Of a stretch of DNA of 64,000 nucleotides, positions 53,988-64,000 are shown piece by piece. Every line of letters begins with the position of its first letter. Position 1 is the first letter of the stretch. The notes under the pieces were generated by a model. That model was not told the origin of the DNA. It made no database searches and saw nothing but the letters and a program-made list of their open reading frames with translations. A program made the translations under genes and the position numbers. The stretch lies in the NCBI GenBank assembly GCA_040954595.2, contig CM082597.2, forward strand, positions 8,266,343 through 8,330,342, given 5' to 3'. The DNA comes from Balanoglossus misakiensis. Taxonomy: Eukaryota > Animalia > Hemichordata.

Positions 53988-55470
53988 GAGCAATTTACAA
54001 CTACAAAATAATACTTAATTTTGAAAAAGAATACATTTCAGTGAAAGTCATTACTGCCCTATATTGGTATAATCCAAGTTATGGCAACAATTACTTCTGG
54101 AAGTGGCTGGCTGAACATGGCTGGCACAAGCGAAGCTAAAAACAAGCAAACTATTTGTGTTTGTTATGGAGAAGCCCATATCACTCCAATATTTGAGTTA
54201 TTCATAAATCTGAAGCACTGAATAACTAATATACATGTACATGGTTTGGAAAATTTAACTTGTTTTATATTACTTGTAATATATGCTTCAGAACACATTT
54301 GGCTGTTTGTGTAAAGTCATCCCTCTGTTGCAGTAGACACAGTTGGAAACAGAGTGAGAGACACTGATATTTTTGTATTAGGGGAAACCCTAAATCTGGA
54401 GTCATGCTGTGTTCAGTGTAGTTGGTCCTTGCTATCAAAGAGTAATTAGAGAGGAAGTTCCTGAAGTTTTCAAAGCAGTTGACGAACATTTACAGCAAGT
54501 TCATGTAATGTAATTTAGTAACTAGTTCCTCAAGTGTGTCATTATTTACATGTATGTGGGTGTCAAGATAATGATCGAGTTGCTCCAATGTCTCCCACAC
54601 TGAAGCTATACAATGAACTACAATGTGTAATTACCTCACATTTATACTACCCTGGTGAAGTTTTCTGTTTGAATATTTCTCAGTCATTTTATGCCAAAGT
54701 AGCTGGGGAAGCATGATATTTGAAACTACAGCAGCAACAACAAAAACATGATTTAAACATATTTTGTCTTGATTGTCAGGAACCAGGAAAATGACTGCCC
54801 TGGGTGGACGTGCAAGAAGTGCACTTTCCTCAATGATGCCAAAGCAGAATGTTGCCTCATTTGTCATGCAATCAGGTAAGATACCTTTTAGTAAATCTAT
54901 GGGGGTGTAATTTAAATACTCTTGCCTGTTGTTACTTGGTGTATAAATTTGGAGATTTTTGTCTGCTACGCCGAAGATACTATTTTACATGTAAATGACA
55001 ATGTATAATTACCACATATTAATACTACCATGGTGAAGTTTTGTGTTTGAATATTTTCTTAGTCATTTTATGCCAAAGTGGTTGATGCAGCCTGATATTT
55101 GCAATAATAGTAGCAACAACAAAAACATGATTTAAATATTGTAAACATTTTTTGTCTTGATTGTCAGGAACCAGGAAAATGACTGCCCTGGGTGGACGTG
55201 CAAGAAGTGGAGTTTCCTCAATGATGCCAAAGCAGAATATTGCCTCATTTGTCAGGCAATCAGGTAAGAAACCTTTTAGTAAATCTATGGGGGAATTTAT
55301 TGAATACTCTTGCCTATTGTGACATTACTTACTGTTGGTGTATACCAGAAGTTTCAAAATCAAATGGACTTTATTCTTCAATTTGTGTTAGGAAACGAGA
55401 TTCTTCTAAAGATGATGAGGAATGGCAGTGCATTGGAAAGGAAAAGGTAAGCATGAGTGACACATGTACC

Positions 55471-55473
<3 letters not shown>

Positions 55474-55524
<51 letters not shown>
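55474..55524. repeat. (TAT)n microsatellite
   Basis: Direct observation. Confidence 0.9.
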
Positions 55525-55525
<1 letters not shown>

Positions 55526-58500
55526 TAATCATTATTAACTTTATTGGGCCCTTATCACAAATTGGATATTGGTTTAATACCCAATAAAGTACATGGCACA
55601 ACAAAAACATTCGTCAAGAATCAAATTGAATATTCAATAAAACAGTACAGAGACCATTCAACCCTCATCACAAAATGAAGAAAAATAATTATATACACAA
55701 ACTCGTCCAGACTGCGGTACAGAACAAAGCAAAACAACAAGGCTTGTTACCAATGGGGCAGTGGGTCGCATTCTACTATTTGGAGTTCTTGTCATGACAG
55801 TTTAACCCCCCACCCCACCCCACCCGCAGAACATTGGTTAAAATTGCCACCTTGCTCTCCGCCATGAAGGTCTGTGCCATTATCATAATCTTCAGTTTTT
55901 ATCTTTAGTCCACAGTTGACAGGGCGTGGAAGGCTGGCTCATACAGAAATGCTTGTTTGTAAGTTTATAAATTATATCTTGTAAATTACAACTTGATATT
56001 TAATCTATTTTTATTATCTTATTTATAAGGTAAAGTGCTATAGTACCTTGCATATTCCATTTTCATGTCTGTGTCATTTCTGTCAAAGAATATGAATGTA
56101 GGGCTGCAAAACAAAATGTTCGTCATCAAACATAAATTTAAGTGCTTCGATAGTTTGCTATGCAGTATTACATTCCTGACAAATTAATTGATATCCCACA
56201 AATGTTACCACATCAATAGCATTAGTAGGTTCCTTTTTTTGCCACCACCCCCCTCCCCCCCCCCAAAAAAAAAAAAAATATGTCACAATTGTTTTAGATA
56301 GCTAACTTTGTTTGGTACAAGTATCTGTTTGAGAAGCCAAAATGTTTACTCTTCAAAACTACATTCTTCACAGGGTATATGATAGTGAAGAAGATTCACA
56401 CACCATGCCAGTGTTTGAGGGGAGTGGCAGTTTCAGCTACCATACTGTGTACTCATCTGATTCGGGATCTGTAAGTCTAGATTTGAGATACGTTTATAAC
56501 TCATAATTTTACACTTAGTCTAGTGAAACAATAGGTGATTCTAATGTATTAATATAGCTATTAATCAATGACACTTGCACTAACAGTAGCAAGTTTGATT
56601 TCCTGTAGTCGGAGGAAATTTTTAGAATTTGAGATATTTTAAATAATGCATTTGTGCATAAAGCTGTAAACAATCAAGTGGTCAGGTGTGTCAGGTGTTT
56701 CAGTGTAGTACACTTACATACACACACACACACACACACATTGCACATGCAGAAAATTTTCCATAGGCTGATATGTGGCTGACATGAAGTGTTAGTGACA
56801 TGTATTGATTAGGTAGGGGATTAGAACAGGTACCCCCATCCTTGTATGCTCTGTATGTGGGATCAGTGACAAAGTTGCTGATTGAGTTTGGTGTGTGTGA
56901 TCGTGGTCAGTGTTTTGTACATACTTTAATGAACAAACATAAAATTCTCATAACAATACATGCTGTTAATGCTGTTACAACAACTCGAACAGACAATAGT
57001 AATAGAAATACCAGGCAATTTTGCTTTTGAGTAGCTTAAAATGATGTCATTGCCAATCCTGACTTCTGTCATAGCTTGTATTTACTCTAATCATGTGCAA
57101 AATCAATCAAAAGTTTTTTCCCATAAATATTTTCTGACACTTTTTAAGTCCTTTTTTTTTGCTTTTTGCAGGTGTCCTCATCAGATCATCAGCATATGAC
57201 AAAAAAGAAAATTAAAAAGTGAGTATAAGAGTAATCATAGACTATGATCAACTTGTAGTACCCTTGACATCAACATTTATTTAAACTTGTAGGTTGATCA
57301 CATGATACCCAGTTGTCAAATAATTAACCACTAAAGAGTGTATTATTTAGCATTGACAGAACATTATACTCAAGATGTGTCATTTTTTGTCATGTTGATT
57401 TTTATTTTATAAAGATGAAAAAATATTGTTTGATAACTGTTGTCAAATATCTGTTTGTACAGATTATGTCTTATAAATGCTATCAGTATCAATTACAAGA
57501 TTATACAAATGTGGTACACTCATTCAAAAATATTTTGGGAAGCATTGACATTAGGCCTTTGCTATTTGATGTGTGGGTACCTCTTGAAAGTAAGTTTATC
57601 CTAGGCAAAATAAAGTGGATATGATCAGCAATCATATGCAAATTATATGCTTCAGTTGGGCTATAGCAATAATGGTGCTATATTACACTTATATGTATGT
57701 ATAAGGCCATGAAAATGTTGTTGTAATGTTATTTATAATCTATTTCTAATGTCAAACTTTTCTTTGTCATATATTTTGCATAGAAGAAAGATCAATGCAA
57801 TCAGAAGACCAAACATGTGCTCCATGGTAACTGAATCTGACTCTGAGGTAGGTTTATTTTATTTTCTTCTATGTGATTATTGAAATTAACTTCTCAACCT
57901 GGAGAATGATGCTTAGTGATTGACACATGGTTTGTGTCTGGTCAGGATGACATTGGCCTAGCATATGTAGTCTAGATATTCTTATGAAACTGGATGTTAA
58001 TTTTATCCATTAAAACTTTTACTTTCTTACAGATTGAAAATCTTGTAAGTAGTCTTGAGAATACACCAGTGAAGAAAAACTGGAAGCACCAGACTGAGAA
58101 AAGTGAAGGACAAAGAAGGCCAAGGTATTTCTCAAAAAACAGTGATTTTGAAGATCTGAGTCAGACATATCACAATATCAGTAGTGCGGACCCCACCAAA
58201 TAGCCATTATCTTAAGCTTGTTGTATGTGGAGATGTTGAGGCTTATTTATGTGGGTATCTCCCATGAAAGTTATATACAGATATGTGCCGTCTGGATGGT
58301 TTCATAAGAAATTTAAATCTCTAAACCTGATGGGTCCTCTGTTTTCCTTGAAACCCAGAAGTCATGGGTTTCTACATGATTGTTTTTATTACTCAGGGAT
58401 GTTACGTGTAATGTCATGTGAAAAGAAGCAACTTATTTGCATACAATTATAGAATAATTTTAGTATAATATTGTGTTTTGGTACCAAATGATTGCACGCA

Positions 58501-59360
58501 GACCCCAGTTCTCTGTGTTTTATGAAGAACTCAGCTGTACACATATATATTTAATATAGAATGTTTTTGCACGTTTGTCTGTGCTTGCAGATTCCCATCA
58601 TTGGACATGCCTGTAGATGAATCAGTGGATTTGACTTTGGGGAGTGACACAGAAGATATGGGCAGAATTCCTCCTTTGCAGATGGAAGTTGATTCAGACA
58701 GTGACAGAGAAGATGAGCATTGCTCAGTGAGAAGTCAGATTCTATTAATATGTCCAAAGGTTCTCTGGATGCAACACTAGACAGTGATAAAAAAAACGTG
58801 GCCACTGCTTCGCAACATCAGCTAAACCACTTGTGACAGTGGACCTGACACTAGACAGTGATACAAGGTTTGTAAGAATATTTTAAGGGGACATTTTGTT
58901 TGCCAAACTGAATTCTCAATTATATATCAACTTCAGTCATATTGCACCAAATTTGACACAAATTAACAAATAATTATATGACATTTGTACAGTTGAAAAG
59001 ACATTAACATTGTACATTAAAGGGTTGCAGAGTGTCTATGCTAGCTGTGATGGCTCCAGTTGTGAACTTTCTGAACAGGTCAACCATTGATTTTTAAGTT
59101 TAAGAATGATTAAAACTGGATTTGTGTGTCAATTGTAATTGCTTTAGACTACGTGTTTATGAAAGATTGATTTTTTGTCATTTATCAAGATGGCTTTATT
59201 AAATTAGCACTCAATATTTCACAAAATTGACTGGGACTGAAGAAATTAAACCATAATTACAGAAAGTGTATACGTGACTACATTTTTGGTAAATGTGTTT
59301 ATATTTGTGAGGTACATATTAACTTGATTAATTTGAAATAATCTGTTCTTGTATTCACAG

Positions 59361-60750
59361 TGAAGATAGCCCCACCACAACTGACACCACCAGAGAGCAA
59401 CTAAGTAGCGATAATGGGAATTTTCCTGTGTACTCAACTGTTCATCAAGGGCTTAGCAGGAAGGAAATACTTGACATAATCATATGTAAAACTGTCGATT
59501 CAAATATGGTGTGTCACGCAATTCCCACTGGCATAAAAAAAAATGTCACATATGTTATTGATACTAGAAAAGTTAATGTGAAAGACCTTACTGCAGATGA
59601 CAATGGTATCTGGAAAGGGGGCCATGCTTGCCCATCTCGGCATGTGGCAATCACAATAGAAGATGACACACTAGCAACTGTTAAAACTGTACCAAAGCAA
59701 CACAGCAGAGCAGACAATGTGTACAAATACCAAAGACAATACAGCACACATGCTACATCAACATTCAAGCGTATTATCCACAAAGTTTTTGATCGTAGTC
59801 ATGTCCTTCTTCCTTATGTTGTCGTCCAATATTACTTTCGTGGTGGTGAAGAAACTCCAGTTGAACTACTCAAACATGGTAACAAACAGGCGGAAACAAC
59901 TGACAATTACTATCGCACAAAGCCAAGTGTCTTTCGGAAAATGAGTGAAAAAATGGAAACCACACGACCAAAAAAAAATGTTACTCAGTGTACTGCAGAA
60001 GCTGGAGGTGCCATTGGTTGTTCCTCAGTAGGGGATATGCCAAGAGACAGGAGACAGGTTTACAACCTTAAGTCTCGTATGGAGGGGACACCAAAATGGA
60101 GGCAGGGTGGGCCACCAAAACAACAAAACTATGAGGCTTTATTAGGACAAGCAGCGAAAAATGATTTTCTGAGGCGTGTGGAGTTTAAGCCAAATCCCAC
60201 AACATTTGCTGCAACTAACCAGCAGCTGTTTGATGTGCAGAGATTTTGTGGGAATGAAGATTATAAGTCCATCCTTGGCATCGATCCAACATTCAGGCTT
60301 GGGGAATTTTTAGTAACTGTGTCAACATTCTCACATCCGATGTTTTGCGTAAAGGATAGTGAACGCCATCCTACCATGATGGGACCCATTATGTGCCATA
60401 CTGGGAAAAAAGTTGATGACTATAAGTTCTTCTCTGAGAATTCAAAAAAATATGGCATCGAACGTTTATGTGTTTGGGGAACAGATGGGGAAACAGCACT
60501 TGTAAATGCAATGGAGAAAGAGTACCCTACTGACGTCCATGGAAACTCTATTCATTTAAGATGTTTTGCACATGTTCAAGACAATATAAAACGCAAGCTC
60601 AGTACTCTTGGTGTAGAGAAAAAACACGCGAATAAAATTTGTAATGATATCTTAGGTTATGAGAGGGGAAGTCTGAGGGTAATGGGACTTGTTGACTCGG
60701 AAAGTATTACAGATTTTGACAACAAGCTCGCTAAGTTAAAAGAAGAATGA
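59361..60750 (+). CDS. MULE-type DDE transposase core exon (C-terminally truncated)
   Basis: Open 440+ aa frame: ILGIDPTFRLG (first D), WGTDGETALVNA (second D), HLRCFAHVQDNIKRKL (CxxH); acceptor ttcacag at 59360; catalytic E region absent. Confidence 0.85.
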
Positions 60751-60814
60751 TAATTTTTACAAGTGGTTTGCAAAGAACCTAGCAGATGTCATCAAACAGG
60801 ATATGTTGAAACCT

Positions 60815-61960
60815 GATTATAGACCAGTTGCGCTTACGTCTGTCATCATGAAATGCTTCGAACGATTAATCCTTCACCATATCAAGTCTATAGTTCCAAA
60901 AACTCTCGATCCATATCAGTTTGCATATCGTTCTAATCGATCTGTCGAAGATGCCGTATCTTCTGCACTCCATGCAGTATTATCTAATCTGGATAATCGC
61001 AATTGTTATGCTCGTATGCTCTTTGTCGATTTCAGCTCTGCATTTAATACAATTATTCCTTCCAAGCTTGTCATAAAGTTAGCTGACCTCAGTATTAGTA
61101 CTTCCATGTGCAAGTGGATTTTAAATTTTCTTAGTAATAGGCCACAGATTGTTAAAATTAATAACCACTTTTCTTCGTCAATAGTCCTCAATACAGGAGC
61201 TCCTCAGGGATGTGTTTTAAGCCCTTTGTTATACTCTCTTTTTACATATGATTGCACTCCTTTGTATGCCAATAATTTTATTGTTAAATTTGCTGATGAC
61301 ACAACTGTCATAGGCTTAATTACTGATAATGATGAGTCCGCATATAGAAGTGAAACTGTAAATTTAATCAATTGGTGCAATGCAAATAATCTTGAACTCA
61401 ATGTAAACAAAACCAAGGAAATCATTATAGATTTTAGAAGAGTACACTTTACCCATACGCCGATTACCATAAATGGGACTGCAGTTGAAATCGTCACTGT
61501 TTTTAAGTTTCTTGGTGTTTACCTTTCAAATCGCTTGTCATGGGAGGAAAATATAGATCATCTGGTAAAGAAAGCACAGCAGCGTCTCTACTTTCTCAGA
61601 CGCTTAAAGAAATTTGGTATGAATAGTTCTATTCTGGTAAATTTCTATCGTACTGTAATATAAAGTATTTTAACATATGGCATCCTTATCTGGTTTAATA
61701 ACATCACTAAGGACGAATTGAATGCTCTTGAACGGGTTATACGGGTAGCACAAACAATCATTGGGGTAAAATTGCCATCTCTACAATCAATCTATTATTC
61801 AAGATCTATTCGCAAAGCTAAGGCTATAATTAATGACTCGAGCCATCCAGCTTACAATCTTTTTACGCTGCTACCCTCTGGAAGGCGTTATCGCAGTATG
61901 AAAACGAGAACAGCTCGTTTTAACAATAGTTTTTATCCATCGGCAGTACGTATTTGTGTC
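60815..61960 (+). mobile_element. Rex1/Babar-type LINE, 5'-truncated RT with one nonsense codon
   Basis: DYRPVALTSVIMKCFERL, LDPYQFAYR, FVDFSSAFNTI, GAPQGCVLSPLL, KFADD, KKAQQRLYFLRRL, LPSGRRYRS, SFYPSAVR; TAA at 61661-61663. Confidence 0.92.
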
Positions 61961-62891
61961 AAATCCCTTTGTAAAACGTTCAGCTAAATATACAAGATGA
62001 TAGGAGAGATCAAAATACAATATTGATTGCATGGTCACACAATCACAAAACACTTTTTTTTTGTAAAATGTAAATTTTTTTATGTCTGCACATCATTTAC
62101 TGTAATGTTGTAAATGTCAGGATTCATACACCCAGAATCACATAAAATTGCAGGAATTTTAACCTTTGTTTTAGTATTACAACCAAAAGCAAGTAATTTT
62201 CAAGGAGTGATGACCAAAGAAATTAATTTTTTTTATTGAACCTAAATATACTTTTATCTGGAAAAACAATGAATAATTACACGACAAAAAAGTTTCCAAG
62301 TTAGTTTTCAGGATTTTCCAGGAGTGCATGTATATTACTTTTGTTTTAAGGTACATCGTACTTCCAGGAACATTACAGGACTCAAGGATTTTCAAGGGCT
62401 GTATGAACCCTGTCACACACAAACAAACGGATTTTTGAGATGGTTTGAGGTCGAAAAGCAATGCGCTAGTCTACACCACAGTCCCTCCACTGTTAGCTTT
62501 GTCTACACTGACAAAAGGTCATGACCCTGGATCACACATGATGTTTCTCCTGTTTGGCATACAAACCATTAAACCAATGACGTAATTATCATAATGTTTG
62601 GTCATGCAAATTCAAAGTTTTCCGCTGGGAGTCTAAAAATAACCAATCCAGTGTACTCGTACAGCTCATCCACGGTTATTAGAAGACCGTGGCTCACCAC
62701 AGCATGGTTCTAGGATCTACGATTGAATCTCTAAGCATTTTTTGGCGTTGGGCGTTGGGATTGGTATTCAAATAATTTGGTGTTCATCAAACGTGTACAT
62801 ATAATAATTAGTACATGTAATCGCCTAACGTTTTGCAAAGCCTAGCCTTGTCCATGCCATTCAGACGCCAATGTAATTTATTTACTGACAG

Positions 62892-63515
62892 GCGAATTGC
62901 CCGCCAAAAAAGAATCCCGCCCCAAAAGGTCAATGTACGAGTATATTCACAGGGCGAAGGATTAGTTGAAACAAAGCAGTAGTGTCCGTAAGCTTTCGAG
63001 GGTCAAACACTGATGGGGGCATTGGGGGGTAAGACAAAAAGTAGTAGTTATATATAGAAACACATGTAACTCACACAACACAACACAGTATCATTGTCGC
63101 AATTTCTTTATTATCTTAATTGCAATTCATGCCTCCCCGCCATGCTGCCGCATTTTGAGGTTTCGATCTGTTGTGGTTTCGTTGTGCGCGCGCGTATTCA
63201 CTGTGTATATGTAGCAGTTTGGCATGAATCGTTTGCGCGCACACGACGTCGACTCTACCACTACATAGTACCAGACCGCAGACCAGGAACTGGCGACCCG
63301 CTGTTTGTTTCCAACGCCAAATTTGATTCTAATGTTGAATTTCCGAGAAAACAATTTATCTGACCTATAGTTTTCTTGGCTCGCCTACGTTTTAATTTGG
63401 AAACTTTTAAACAAATCATACGCCACCGTCTTGATGACTGGCCCCTATTTTAATAATGGTTTCGTCGTTTCGCTGTTTCGCCGTTTCGCTGTTTTGTTGT
63501 TTCGCAAAGTATAAC
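62892..63515 (-). repeat. Right TIR of the MULE
   Basis: Ends TTGTTTCGCAAAGTATAAC, the reverse complement of the left terminus. Confidence 0.92.
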
Positions 63516-63795
63516 AATGTCTTGTATCAAACATCATTAATGGAAAGGGGCAGCTAGAGAGAGACTTTGTGCAGTGATGAGAACTTACCAGACACAGGCA
63601 GGATCTACACACATCACCAAGAGGGTTGAAGCGATCACCATCAACATACAAGATATTATTGTATTCACACAGACTACAGTCTGGACAGCAATCAGAAGCT
63701 GTGTACAGTCCATGCTCACATGTTACTGGACACTATAATTCTGTACAGGTAATCTTGGAATCAGGCTGAAACAGGAACGACAACAATCAGGTTCA

Positions 63796-64000
63796 TACTG
63801 TAAAACAGTTCACTTTCGCGAGTATTAATTTTCACGATATCGAGAGAGGCCACTGTTTCGCGAGTATTCATTTTCACATTCTCTTATTTCATTCACTGCA
63901 TCGTTATCTTCAAAAAAATTGTTATGCGACTTTTTATTTTCATGCTATTTTGGCTCTCGCATAGTTCGCGTAAATTTATTGCTCGCGAAAATAACATGTT
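63796..64000. mobile_element. MITE-like element beginning TACTGTAAAACAG
   Basis: Internal ttcgcgagtatt..ttttcac repeats; a related terminus cctgttttacagta occurs at ~47360-47373; runs off the window end. Confidence 0.45.

Larger units (their letters stand above)
53053..60814 (+). pseudogene. Spliced MULE transposase gene with three RanBP2/NZF zinc fingers and SIM-like motifs
   Basis: GT-AG exons 53053-53090, 53409-53495, 54780-54875, 55168-55263, 55392-55446, 55909-55958, 56374-56470, 57172-57218, 57784-57847, 58033-58124, 58591-58867, 59361-60814 with matching phases at junctions; lesions: TGA in exon 1, frameshifts in 58591-58867 and near 60750, LINE at 60815. Confidence 0.75.
52320..63515 (+). 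mobile_element. Large Mutator-like (MULE) DNA transposon, ~11.2 kb, ~620-bp TIRs
   Basis: 52320-52942 and 62892-63515 are reverse complements (GTTATACTTTGCGAAACAA termini; mirrored ORFs 52464/63094 and 52473/63127); encloses a MULE-type transposase. Confidence 0.88.
47967..63765 (-). pseudogene. Disabled extracellular-protein gene: VWC (chordin-type) repeats, two calcium-binding EGF domains, Thr-rich mucin-like exons
   Basis: AG/GT-bounded exons: 63589-63765 PDSKITCTEL*CPVTCEHGLYTASDCCPDCSLCEYNNILYVDGDRFNPLGDVCRSCLCL; 51940-52059 DVNECSDSVCAGGCLNAEG*FSCCCGDDGFSMSADHVNCL; 51393-51502 DDNECDQAGWSPCQQV*YNTPARYQCGCRPGF (110 nt, frameshifting); Thr-rich 49319-49558 and ~47967-48192. Confidence 0.75.

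Overview
AT-rich, intron-containing eukaryotic (animal) DNA made almost entirely of transposable elements, satellite and decayed host genes; a marine invertebrate source is plausible but is only inference. No intact host gene, rRNA, tRNA or CRISPR was seen. From left to right: (1) a disabled + strand gene for a lectin-like propeller / stalk / TM protein (62-3085); (2) a decayed DIRS-like tyrosine-recombinase retroelement (RT-RNaseH-methyltransferase-like ORF, then zinc ribbon-ALOG-YR; ~6500-9375), cut by (3) a young BEL/Pao LTR retrotransposon (9376-16106) with ACTAT TSD, near-identical LTRs, open pol and deleted gag; (4) LINE remnants; (5) a ~12.8 kb C-depleted (GAT)n compound satellite punctuated by two different conserved spacers, with higher-order structure; (6) an internally deleted PIF/Harbinger element with ~320 bp TIRs (42337-44566); (7) a minus-strand VWC/cbEGF/Thr-rich pseudogene whose intron holds (8) an ~11.2 kb Mutator-like element (52320-63515) with ~620 bp TIRs. 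Its spliced gene joins three RanBP2/NZF zinc-finger exons and SIM-like VDLT motifs to a MULE DDE transposase and is interrupted by RTE and Rex1/Babar LINEs. Family names come from motif recognition by eye, not database searches.
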